From: Bacteroidales bacterium
GTDB lineage: Bacteria; Bacteroidota; Bacteroidia; Bacteroidales; UBA3663
Assembly (NCBI GenBank): GCA_017561935.1
Contig: JAFZBE010000067.1
Coordinates: forward strand, 2,752-66,751
Length of the DNA: 64,000 bases
Direction of reading: 5' to 3'
Shown: piece by piece, positions 7,412-15,900 of the stretch
How the letters are laid out: each line of letters begins with the position of its first letter
Position numbering within the stretch: the first letter of the stretch is position 1
Notes under the pieces: generated by a model
Databases searched by the model: none
Told to the model about the DNA's origin: nothing
What the model saw: the letters and a program-made list of their open reading frames with translations, nothing else
Translations under genes and position numbers: made by a program

Positions 7412-9682
7412 ATGAAAAAAACAATATGGGGTTTGGCCCTGTTGCTAGGTCTTGCCAGTTGCTCGGGCAACAAGTCAGGCAACGAGATGGATCGCTTCAT
7501 CAACGACCTGATGGGCAAGATGACCCTCGAAGAGAAGCTCGGTCAGCTCAATCTGCCTGTTACCGGCGACATCGTGACGGGTGCAGCCCAGTCGAGCAAC
7601 GTGGCCGAGAACATTCGTGCAGGTCGCGTAGGCGGACTCTTCAACTTGAAGGGTGCAGGCAACGTGGCCGAACTGCAGCGCATTGCCGTCGAAGAGAGCC
7701 GTCTTGGCATCCCTTTGATCTTCGGCATGGACGTGATACACGGTTATGAGACCGTTTTCCCCATTCCGTTGGGACTCTCCTGCACGTGGGACATGGAGGC
7801 CATCGAGCGTTCAGCACGTATCGCCGCCGAGGAAGCTACGGCCGACGGCATCTGCTGGACCTTCAGCCCGATGGTCGATATCTGCCACGATGCCCGTTGG
7901 GGCCGTATCTCGGAGGGCAGTGGCGAGGATCCGTTCCTTGGCAGTCGCATCGCCGAAGCCATGGTGCGCGGCTATCAGCAGGATGACCTCACCAGCAGCA
8001 ATACCATGATGGCGTGTGTCAAGCATTTCGCCCTCTATGGCGCACCCGAGGCAGGACGCGACTACAACACCGTCGATATGAGTCTCTGGCGTATGTACAA
8101 CGAATATTTCCCGCCCTACAAGGCAGCTGCCGAGGCTGGCGCAGGCAGTTACATGGCCAGCTTCAACATCGTCAATGGTGTACCCGCCACCGGCAACCGC
8201 TGGCTCCTCACCGACGTGCTTCGCAAGGAGTGGGGCTTCGATGGCTTCGTGGTGAGCGACTACACCGGCATTGCCGAGATGGTGAACCACGGCATGGGCG
8301 ACCTCAAGGAAGTGAGTGCCCTGGCCCTTCACGCAGGTCTTGACATGGACATGGTGAGCGACGGCCTGGTAGGCACGCTTGCCGAAAGTCTGAAGGAAGG
8401 CAGGACCAAACAGGCCGACATCGATCAGGCTTGTCGCCGCATCCTTGAAGCGAAGTACAAGCTCGGCCTCTTCGCCGATCCCTACCGTTATTGCGACACC
8501 ACGCGTTATGCGAAGGAGGTATTCACCGATGCCAACCGCCAGGAAGCCCGCAGGATTGCAACCGAGAGCTTCGTGCTTCTCAAGAACGAGGGCAACATCC
8601 TGCCGTTGAAGCGTCAGGGAAAAATCGCTCTCATCGGTCCATTGGCCAACACCCGCGCCAACATGCCAGGCACATGGAGCGTGGCAGCCACCAGCGACAG
8701 GTACAGCACAGTTGTCGAAGGGCTGAAGCGTGCCGCAGGCGACAAGGCGCAGGTGCTCTATGCCAAGGGCTGCAACCTCATGTATGATGCCAAGGCTGAG
8801 GCCGATGCCACCATGTTCGGACGTGAGATGCGCGACAATCGCAGCGACGCAGCCATGCGTGCCGAGGCTCTGGCCATTGCACGTCAGGCCAACGTCATCG
8901 TCTTCGCTGGCGGTGAGGCTTCCGAGATGGCAGGCGAATGCTCGAGCCGTGTCGGCATCGAGATGCCCGATGCCCAGCATGACCTCCTGGTCGAACTGGT
9001 GAAGCTCGGCAAGCCCATCGTCCTGCTCAACTTCTCGGGCCGTCCGATGATCCTGAACTGGGAAACCGAACATATCCCCGCCATCCTTGAGGTATGGTTT
9101 GGCGGCAGCGAGGCAGCCGATGCCATCGCCGATGTCGTCTTCGGCGACGTAGCACCATCGGGCAAGCTCACCACCAGCTTCCCGCGTCATATCGGGCAGT
9201 TGCCGATGAGCTACAACTACTACAACACCGGTCGCCCCTTGCAGGGCGAGGGCTTCGTGAAGTTCCAGAGCTGCTACATGGACGTGAGCAACAAACCCCT
9301 TTACCCCTTCGGCTACGGTTTGAGCTACACCACCTTCAGCTATTCGCCTGTGACCCTCAGCAGCACGGAGATGACACAGGATGGCGAGATCAAGGCAACA
9401 GTTACGCTCACGAACACCGGCAACTGCGAAGGCACCGAGGTCGTGCAGCTCTATATCCGTGACCTCGTGGGCAGCGTCACACGTCCCGTGAAAGAGCTCA
9501 AGGGCTTCGAACGTGTAACACTCAAGGCCGGCGAGAGCCGCGAAGTTGCATTCACCATCAGTCAGGATCTGCTGAAGTTCTACAATGGCGAAATCAAGTA
9601 TGTCTGTGAGCCAGGCGAATTCGAGGTGATGATCGGTACCAACAGTGCCGATGTACAGAGCGCCAAGTTCACCCTCAAGTAA
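7412..9682 (+). CDS. GH3 beta-glucosidase (BglX-like), lipoprotein
   Basis: MKKTIWGLALLLGLASC lipoprotein signal. GH3 motifs KLGQLNL, the GIPLIFGMDVIHG region and GFDGFVVSDY (nucleophile Asp). A C-terminal fibronectin-like region is present. The track start at 7406 is TTG; ATG 7412 is preferred. Confidence 0.92.
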   Translation: MKKTIWGLALLLGLASCSGNKSGNEMDRFINDLMGKMTLEEKLGQLNLPVTGDIVTGAAQSSNVAENIRAGRVGGLFNLKGAGNVAELQRIAVEESRLGIPLIFGMDVIHGYETVFPIPLGLSCTWDMEAIERSARIAAEEATADGICWTFSPMVDICHDARWGRISEGSGEDPFLGSRIAEAMVRGYQQDDLTSSNTMMACVKHFALYGAPEAGRDYNTVDMSLWRMYNEYFPPYKAAAEAGAGSYMASFNIVNGVPATGNRWLLTDVLRKEWGFDGFVVSDYTGIAEMVNHGMGDLKEVSALALHAGLDMDMVSDGLVGTLAESLKEGRTKQADIDQACRRILEAKYKLGLFADPYRYCDTTRYAKEVFTDANRQEARRIATESFVLLKNEGNILPLKRQGKIALIGPLANTRANMPGTWSVAATSDRYSTVVEGLKRAAGDKAQVLYAKGCNLMYDAKAEADATMFGREMRDNRSDAAMRAEALAIARQANVIVFAGGEASEMAGECSSRVGIEMPDAQHDLLVELVKLGKPIVLLNFSGRPMILNWETEHIPAILEVWFGGSEAADAIADVVFGDVAPSGKLTTSFPRHIGQLPMSYNYYNTGRPLQGEGFVKFQSCYMDVSNKPLYPFGYGLSYTTFSYSPVTLSSTEMTQDGEIKATVTLTNTGNCEGTEVVQLYIRDLVGSVTRPVKELKGFERVTLKAGESREVAFTISQDLLKFYNGEIKYVCEPGEFEVMIGTNSADVQSAKFTLK

Positions 9683-9695
9683 CCATTGGTTATCT

Positions 9696-9737
9696 AAAAA
9701 CAAAGTCCGAGCTTTCAGAGGCTCGGACTTTGTTTTT
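9696..9737. terminator. Bidirectional intrinsic terminator between GH3 and the convergent membrane-protein gene
   Basis: AAAGTCCGAGC (9702-9712) pairs with GCTCGGACTTT (9721-9731). An A-run lies upstream and GTTTTT downstream. Confidence 0.8.
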
Positions 9738-9752
9738 ATGCTATCCATTCAT

Positions 9753-10397
9753 TCAGGAACGGACCTTCGGACAATGCGAACGGATGTAGTCATAGACGAA
9801 GTCGAAATCCTCGTCCACATAGACCTGATTGAAGAAGAGCGGCTCGTTGACCTTGATAAGATGGCGACGGCGATAGGGCTTGACGGCTCGTACCGATGCA
9901 AAGGTCGAATAGGAAGAAGTTTTCGTGGCGGCAAGGAGTCCTGCCCCTATTGTCGAAGGCTTGCCCGTTGCCAGACCCACCATCGCCGTGATGAATCCTA
10001 TCGCCGTTGTTTTCTTCACCTGTTTCTTGAGCTGCCGACATTCGATGCCTTCTTCGTCCATCTCGAACAGCACTACATATTTCCAATTGAAAAGGGCAGC
10101 AAGGATCAGATACGACACAATCGAGAGAACGAAGAAGACGCCTCCTATGATGAGCACTATCTTTCCAGCGAATTGGAGGGTTTCAAGAAAATCGGTGCCA
10201 TCGAAGAGCCCCAAGATAAAGATGAAGACTCCGATACCCATGATGATGTAGGCGAAGACCTTTAGAACCAATATAATCATGCTGGGATTGCGCAACATGT
10301 CGAACTCATAGACCCAACGGTATTTGCCGTCGTCGCATAGTTCAACCTGCTTAAGCTGGGGAGCACTTCTTTTTTCAAGCGTTGTTTCGTTTTCCAT
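9753..10397 (-). CDS. Hypothetical integral membrane protein
   Basis: ORF with several hydrophobic helices (IILVLKVFAYIIMGIGVFIFILGLF, IVLIIGGVFFVLSIVSYLILAAL). Start set at ATG 10397 (MENETTLEK). I recognise no family. Confidence 0.6.
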   Translation of the reverse strand: MENETTLEKRSAPQLKQVELCDDGKYRWVYEFDMLRNPSMIILVLKVFAYIIMGIGVFIFILGLFDGTDFLETLQFAGKIVLIIGGVFFVLSIVSYLILAALFNWKYVVLFEMDEEGIECRQLKKQVKKTTAIGFITAMVGLATGKPSTIGAGLLAATKTSSYSTFASVRAVKPYRRRHLIKVNEPLFFNQVYVDEDFDFVYDYIRSHCPKVRS

Positions 10398-10596
10398 AAA
10401 TAATAATAATGTGGCGTAAATTGATGCATGCAAAGAAACGAAAAATCTGCCAGATTACCAAAACCGATGAGGTGAAAAATCGTCTTCTTGTTCGAATGGC
10501 ATCAATCTATGCGTTTGCTGATATTTCCGCTTGCTATTTTATCTTCATGGAATGAACATTAAACCTAAGGGCTAAAGCATAGTCAAAAGAGCAAAT

Positions 10597-13572
10597 ATGA
10601 ACATTTCTAAATTGCACCAGCTGGCGCGCAGTCTGCTCCTCATTTGCTTCATCCTGCTGGGATGGAGCGGATGTGTTGTGTCGTATGCCATTACCATCAC
10701 CGGACGCGTAGCTTCGGCAACCGACGACACACCACTGGCCGGCACCACCATCCGTCTTATGACTCTCCCCGACTCGACCTTCGTTGTCGGCACATTTACT
10801 GACCGCAACGGCAACTTCACTCTTCATTCTTCACGACTGGATGGTTTGCTCAAGGAACGCAAGGCGCATCAAAAGGTGCTCGTGCATTTCACGTACATAG
10901 GTTTCCAAGAAACCCTAAAGGTATTTACGCTACATCACCGGCAGAAGTCGTTCGCGCTCGGCGACGTGTTTATGCAGGAAGAACATCGCCTGTTGGGTGA
11001 GACCGTCGTCTCGGCCACCCCTCCCCCAATGGTGATTCGCGAGGACACTATCGAATACTACGCCAGCAGCTACCAACTTGAGCCCGATGCTACGGCCGAA
11101 GACCTCTTGAAACGACTGGCAGGCATCGAAGTGGATGCCAACGGAAGCATTACAGCCCAGGGCGAGACGGTGACGAAAGTATATGTGGATGGGAAGGAAT
11201 TCTTCAGTTCGAATATCCAGGCCACGACCAAGAACCTCACCGCCGACATGTTCGAGTCGGTGCAGGTGGTGGACATGAAGACCGAGGAGAGCCGTCTCAC
11301 AGGTATCGACAACGGCGAACGCGAGAAGGTGATCAACTTCAAGCTGAAGCCGAGGATGAGGCGCGGATATTTCGGCAACGCTGCCGGTGCATGGGGTGAC
11401 GGCTCGGGCATTGACGACCGTTTCGAAACGAAAGGCATGGCGGGCTACTTCAGAGGCAACAACCAGAATGCACTGGTGGCAAATGCGAACAATACGAACA
11501 ACACGGGCTTCGGCGACTTGGGCGAAAAGGTCATGCGCAACTCGACCATGCGCGGCAACCGAAACAGCGGACGACGCGGTGAAGGTCTGAACACCTCGTG
11601 GAGCATGGGCCTGAACCTTAATTACGACAAGGGTAACCGACTGCGCGACGAGAACACTCCCTTCGCCATCGGCGGCGATGTGCTCTATGGCGGGGAGAAA
11701 CAGAGCGAGAAGACATCGACGCACCGCATCAACTATCTGAAGTCGGGCAACACCGGCACCGACACGGAGCAGACAGGCGACAACAAGGGACAGAACGTCC
11801 AACTCGACTTCAAGTACGAAAAGACCTGGGGCAAGGTAGCCGATGGAGAACATCGCCTGCAAATTAGCCCGGAACTGGCTTTCAACAGATCGGAAACCGA
11901 TGAACATTCGACCAGCAGGAACTACCACCTGGATCCGAATGCGGAGGATGAGATCACGGCACTGCCTTCGACCTACATCAGCCAGACCCAACGCTCGAGC
12001 AACATAAAGCAGCAGGGCTTGAGCTATGAACTCGGTCTCACCTACTCTTACGCCAAGAAGATCTCACGAGGGCGACGACGCAGCAGCATCCGTGTCAGCC
12101 TGAATGGACGACACAATGACGGAGACCACTACACCCAATCGTTCACTAGTTACGACAATCTGCTCGTCAACGACCTGAGTCTCCTGAACGACACCACCAT
12201 CAACCAATGGCAGGAAGAACGTTCGAACTCCCTCACCTATCGCATTCGACTTACCCATGTGGAACCCATCAACGAACATCAGTTCATCGAAGTGGGTGCA
12301 ACGGGCAGTTTCACACGCAACACCCAACGCCAGCTCTACCACTTCTGGGACGAAGGTCTCGGACAATATGCCGACTCGATAAACGGCAGGTCGAACATCG
12401 ACTACAGCACCGATTCGCGTACACAGCAAAACAGCTACACCCTGTCGGCCAGCTATCGCCACGTCACAGAGCGTGTCAATAGCTCGATAGGCATTGACCT
12501 GCTGCCCAACACACAGAACTATACCGACTACTACGACCACTCTCGCGATTACAAACGTTCTTACATGAACTTTGCGCCACGGGTGGAGTACCGCTACAAC
12601 TGGAACCGTAGGAAGAACCTGCGCATCACACTGAACGGCAGGACGACACAACCTTCAATCAACCAACTGCAGGCACGCAAGAACCAGACGTCGGCCACCC
12701 ATGTCACATTGGGCAACCAAGACCTTGGGCCGGCTTTCCAAACCAACTTCCAGGCACGCTTCCGTGCCAACAGCCAAGAGACGGGACGTACGCTGGAGGC
12801 TTCGATCAACGCTACTGCACAGTTCAATACCCTGGCCACCAAACGCTGGTACAGCGCCGACCTCCGGACTGACACGACGATGACAGTTAACATCGACGGA
12901 CTGGGTTCGTGGAACGTGCAAAGCGAATTCAGGGGGTCGTTCCCCTTTGCCGACAACCAATGGTATGTAACCACACAGACGACACTGGGCTACCGCGAGA
13001 ACATCGGTTATGCAAACCTGAAGAGCACCGATACACAGGTGAACCATATACACAACGTTACGGCAGACGAACGAACGGGTATCGCCTACCGTAACGACTG
13101 GCTCAACGTGGAGCTACATGGACATTACAGTCTCTCATATAGCGAGGCGACAATCGTCACCTCGGGAAGTTTGGGTACTACACACCAGTTCGGCGTGCGA
13201 AGCAACTTATCAGCCCGTCTGCCGTGGAACCTGAGTTGTTCGACAAGCATCGACTACACGGGACGACGCGGCTATTCGGCTGGCTTGACGCGCAACCAAA
13301 CCATCTGGAACGCACAACTCTCACGTTCGTTCCTGAAACGCAAGAACCTTTCGGCCTTCGTGAAGGTGTTCGACATCCTGCATCAGAAGACAAGCATCAG
13401 GCGCAGCATCAGTGCCACGTCAATCACCGACCGCGAGAGCACAACACTCAGACAATATTTCCTGCTGGGATGCAGTATGAAGTTTAATCAGGGTGCGAGG
13501 GGTTTGAGGGGTTCGAGGGGTTTGAAGGGTTCGAGAGGTCCGAAGGGTTCAAGGGAACACGAACAACATTGA
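10597..13572 (+). CDS. Outer-membrane beta-barrel protein with carboxypeptidase-regulatory-like N-domain (TonB-dependent-receptor-like, OMP_b-brl_3 type) carrying a repeat-derived C-terminal tail
   Basis: 991 aa. N-terminal ITITGRVASATDDTPLAGTTIRL Cna/CarboxypepD_reg-like domain. Plug-like ETVVSATPPP...VYVDGKEFF. Long Asn/Tyr/Thr-rich barrel. A barrel-type end ...LLGCSMKF is followed by 28 extra residues, NQGARGLRGSRGLKGSRGPKGSREHEQH. Confidence 0.85.
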   Translation: MNISKLHQLARSLLLICFILLGWSGCVVSYAITITGRVASATDDTPLAGTTIRLMTLPDSTFVVGTFTDRNGNFTLHSSRLDGLLKERKAHQKVLVHFTYIGFQETLKVFTLHHRQKSFALGDVFMQEEHRLLGETVVSATPPPMVIREDTIEYYASSYQLEPDATAEDLLKRLAGIEVDANGSITAQGETVTKVYVDGKEFFSSNIQATTKNLTADMFESVQVVDMKTEESRLTGIDNGEREKVINFKLKPRMRRGYFGNAAGAWGDGSGIDDRFETKGMAGYFRGNNQNALVANANNTNNTGFGDLGEKVMRNSTMRGNRNSGRRGEGLNTSWSMGLNLNYDKGNRLRDENTPFAIGGDVLYGGEKQSEKTSTHRINYLKSGNTGTDTEQTGDNKGQNVQLDFKYEKTWGKVADGEHRLQISPELAFNRSETDEHSTSRNYHLDPNAEDEITALPSTYISQTQRSSNIKQQGLSYELGLTYSYAKKISRGRRRSSIRVSLNGRHNDGDHYTQSFTSYDNLLVNDLSLLNDTTINQWQEERSNSLTYRIRLTHVEPINEHQFIEVGATGSFTRNTQRQLYHFWDEGLGQYADSINGRSNIDYSTDSRTQQNSYTLSASYRHVTERVNSSIGIDLLPNTQNYTDYYDHSRDYKRSYMNFAPRVEYRYNWNRRKNLRITLNGRTTQPSINQLQARKNQTSATHVTLGNQDLGPAFQTNFQARFRANSQETGRTLEASINATAQFNTLATKRWYSADLRTDTTMTVNIDGLGSWNVQSEFRGSFPFADNQWYVTTQTTLGYRENIGYANLKSTDTQVNHIHNVTADERTGIAYRNDWLNVELHGHYSLSYSEATIVTSGSLGTTHQFGVRSNLSARLPWNLSCSTSIDYTGRRGYSAGLTRNQTIWNAQLSRSFLKRKNLSAFVKVFDILHQKTSIRRSISATSITDRESTTLRQYFLLGCSMKFNQGARGLRGSRGLKGSRGPKGSREHEQH
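13492..13554 (+). repeat. 9-bp-period mini-array, locus A (7 units, GGTTYGARG family)
   Basis: Units: GGTGCGAGG GGTTTGAGG GGTTCGAGG GGTTTGAAG GGTTCGAGA GGTCCGAAG GGTTCAAGG. Translated as seven Gly-X-Y triplets at the 3' end of the OMP gene. Confidence 0.9.
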
Positions 13573-14316
13573 TTATTCCTCAAGAATCGAGACTTGCATG
13601 GTGATGTCCTCGACGGGACGATCACCAGGCTGTGTCTTGACAAGCTGAATTTTATCGACCACATCGAGACCTTCTTCGACTTCACCGAACACAGTGTAGT
13701 TCTGGTCGAGGAAGGGCGTACCACCCACCGTCGTATAGACCTCGCGCTGTGCAGGGCTGTACTTTGGCTCGCCTTGCTCCTTGGCCATGGCGTACGTCTT
13801 CTGCTGCAGTTCCTCCTGCAAAGCCATAAGACCTGCATTGTCGCGATTCTTGCGAAGCTCGATGATCCGGTTGCGATTCTCGACCACTAGGCCGTTGAAG
13901 ATATTCTGCAACTGCTGCTGAGCCATCTGTCGTTCGAGCTGGGTGAGTTTGCCTGCACTATAAACTTCGCCGGTGACGATATAGAACTGACTGCCACTGG
14001 AACGCTTTTCGGGATTGACTTCGTCGCCCTGACGGGCAGCGGCCAGAGCGCCCTTCTTGTGAATCAGATCCTTATTGAACTCAGCGGGGATGGTATAGTC
14101 GGGGCCACCCGCACCGAGATGGGCAGTTGGCGAGGCTCCACGAGAGTCTGGATCACCGCCCTGTACCATGAAATTCTTGATGACACGATGGAAAAGCGTG
14201 CCATCGTAATAGCCTTCCTTGGCCAACTTGAGAAAATTGTCACGATGAAGTGGCGTCTCGTCGTAGAGTCGTACGGTAATGACACCGAGACTGGTCTTGA
14301 TTAATACTTTTGCCAT
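13573..14316 (-). CDS. Cyclophilin-type peptidyl-prolyl cis-trans isomerase (with Bacteroidota-type helical insert)
   Basis: MAKVLIKTSLGVITVRLYDETPLHRDNFLKLAKEGYYDGTLFHRVIKNFMVQGGDP ... YTVFGEVEEGLDVVDKI. These are canonical cyclophilin motifs. Confidence 0.93.
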   Translation of the reverse strand: MAKVLIKTSLGVITVRLYDETPLHRDNFLKLAKEGYYDGTLFHRVIKNFMVQGGDPDSRGASPTAHLGAGGPDYTIPAEFNKDLIHKKGALAAARQGDEVNPEKRSSGSQFYIVTGEVYSAGKLTQLERQMAQQQLQNIFNGLVVENRNRIIELRKNRDNAGLMALQEELQQKTYAMAKEQGEPKYSPAQREVYTTVGGTPFLDQNYTVFGEVEEGLDVVDKIQLVKTQPGDRPVEDITMQVSILEE

Positions 14317-14493
14317 ATCAATTATAATTCATCAGTAAAGAAAAAAAGACGCGGAAAAACGGCTGCGCAAACCATTGCATTTGCTATAGTGAGATTACAA
14401 AATATGTTTTTTAGCATATTTTTTCAGCCAAAATAGGATGATTTACCCAAAATAATTTGGAGGATTGGCAGAAATCCCCTATCTTTGCATCGT

Positions 14494-14563
14494 GTTTTTC
14501 ATGGTATTAGATTTTAAGGTTAATGCAAAAGGGTCGTTGTGAAACGCCCCTTTCGCATTTTAA
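14494..14563 (+). ncRNA. Candidate small RNA (orphan promoter plus hairpin)
   Basis: TATCTTTG -7 box at 14480-14487 with TTTG about 21 nt upstream. There is no plus-strand ORF downstream. A 17-bp imperfect hairpin at 14522-14559 has a GTGA loop (AATGCAAAAGGGTCGTT / AACGCCCCTTTCGCATT), followed by TT. The hairpin could equally be only the purM terminator. Confidence 0.25.
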
Positions 14564-14569
14564 ATACTT

Positions 14570-15817
14570 TCACTCATATTCGAAGATTCCATTCTCGGTA
14601 TGGAGCGTGACCTTTGCACCCTCCTTTCGTTCCTCGACATGACCAATGATTTGCGCTTCGATGTTGAAGCTGTGTGCGATGTCAATCACCGTCTGGGCAT
14701 GCTCGGCGGGGAGATAAATCTCGAGACGATGTCCCATATTAAATACCTTATACATCTCGGACCAGTCGGTACCCGACTGCTCGTGAATGGTGCGGAACAA
14801 TGGAGGAATGGGGAAAAGATTGTCCTTGATGACATGCAAATCCTTTATGAAGTGGAGCACCTTGGTCTGTGCGCCGCCGGAACAATGAACCATGCCGTGG
14901 AGGGAGGAGGAGAGGTTTGAGGAGTTTGAAAGGTTCGAGGGGTTTGAGGGGTTTGAGGGGTTTGAAAGGTTCGAGAGGTTTGAGCGGAATACGTCAAGGA
15001 TCTTTTTGACAACAGGAGCATAGGTGCGAGTAGGGCTCAGAACAAGCCTGCCGGCATCAAGGGGGCTGCCTTCGACGGCATCGGTGAGTTTCAGCTGTCC
15101 ACTATAGACGAGTTCCTCGGGCACCGCATGATCGTATGACTCGGGATATTTCTGGGCCAAATACTTGCCAAAGACATCATGACGTGCTGAAGTCAAGCCA
15201 TTAGAACCCATCCCTCCGTTGTATTCTTTCTCGTAGGTGGCCTGTCCGTAGCTGGCAAGACCGACAATGACGTCGCCTGCTGCGATGTTGGCATTGTCGA
15301 TCACATCGCTGCGCTTCATACGACATGTAACCGTAGAATCGACGATGATGGTGCGTGCCAAATCACCGATATCGGCCGTCTCGCCACCTGTACCATACAC
15401 ACCTATGCCCATCTCACGCAGTTCGGCCATCAGTTCGTCGTTGCCATTGATGATGGCACTGATCACCTCACCCGGGATGAGCATCTTGTTGCGACCAATG
15501 GTTGACGAGACGAGGATGTTATCGACAGCACCTACGCAGATAAGGTCGTCGATATTCATGATGAGAGAATCCTGGGCGATGCCTTTCCAAACCGAGAGGT
15601 CGCCGGTTTCCTTCCAATACATATAGGCCAATGATGTCTTGGTACCTGCTCCATCAGCATGCATGATGTTGCAATACTCGGGATCTCCACCCAGAATATC
15701 GGGAATGATTTTGCAGAATGCCTGTGGATAGAGGCCCTTGTCGATGTTCTTGATGGCGTTGTGCACATCTTCCTTGCTGGCACTCACGCCGCGCATCATA
15801 TATCTTTGATCTGCCAT
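14570..15817 (-). CDS. purM: Phosphoribosylformylglycinamidine cyclo-ligase (AIR synthase, Bacteroidota long form) with an in-frame repeat insertion
   Basis: MADQRYMMRGVSASKEDVHNAIKNIDKGLYPQAFCKIIPDILGGDPEYCNIMHADGAGTK ... HGMVHCSGGAQTKVLHF. The conserved flanks are interrupted by a 27-aa tract, SNLSNLSNPSNPSNPSNLSNSSNLSSS. Confidence 0.92.
   Translation of the reverse strand: MADQRYMMRGVSASKEDVHNAIKNIDKGLYPQAFCKIIPDILGGDPEYCNIMHADGAGTKTSLAYMYWKETGDLSVWKGIAQDSLIMNIDDLICVGAVDNILVSSTIGRNKMLIPGEVISAIINGNDELMAELREMGIGVYGTGGETADIGDLARTIIVDSTVTCRMKRSDVIDNANIAAGDVIVGLASYGQATYEKEYNGGMGSNGLTSARHDVFGKYLAQKYPESYDHAVPEELVYSGQLKLTDAVEGSPLDAGRLVLSPTRTYAPVVKKILDVFRSNLSNLSNPSNPSNPSNLSNSSNLSSSLHGMVHCSGGAQTKVLHFIKDLHVIKDNLFPIPPLFRTIHEQSGTDWSEMYKVFNMGHRLEIYLPAEHAQTVIDIAHSFNIEAQIIGHVEERKEGAKVTLHTENGIFEYE
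14905..14985 (+). repeat. 9-bp-period mini-array, locus B (about 9 units) inside purM
   Basis: Units: GGTTTGAGG AGTTTGAAA GGTTCGAGG GGTTTGAGG GGTTTGAGG GGTTTGAAA GGTTCGAGA GGTTTGAGC, preceded by a degenerate GGAGGAGAG. The gene reads the C-rich strand, giving (S-N-L/P) repeats. Confidence 0.9.
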
Positions 15818-15839
15818 AAGAATTACATTTAAGCGGGTG

Positions 15840-15847
15840 CAAAGATA
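15840..15847 (-). promoter_or_regulatory. -7 promoter box TATCTTTG for purM
   Basis: Plus-strand CAAAGATA 23 nt upstream of ATG 15817. Confidence 0.6.
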
Positions 15848-15900
15848 GCAATAAAAATCGATGCTACCAAATTTTGTTGTCTATTTCTTACTATTTCCGT

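Noticed and set aside
15801-15808. Plus-strand TATCTTTG promoter-like box inside the first codons of purM
   Set aside because: It is the reverse complement of the purM codons for Asp-Gln-Arg-Tyr-Met, and no plus-strand gene or terminator follows. It is most likely a fortuitous match.
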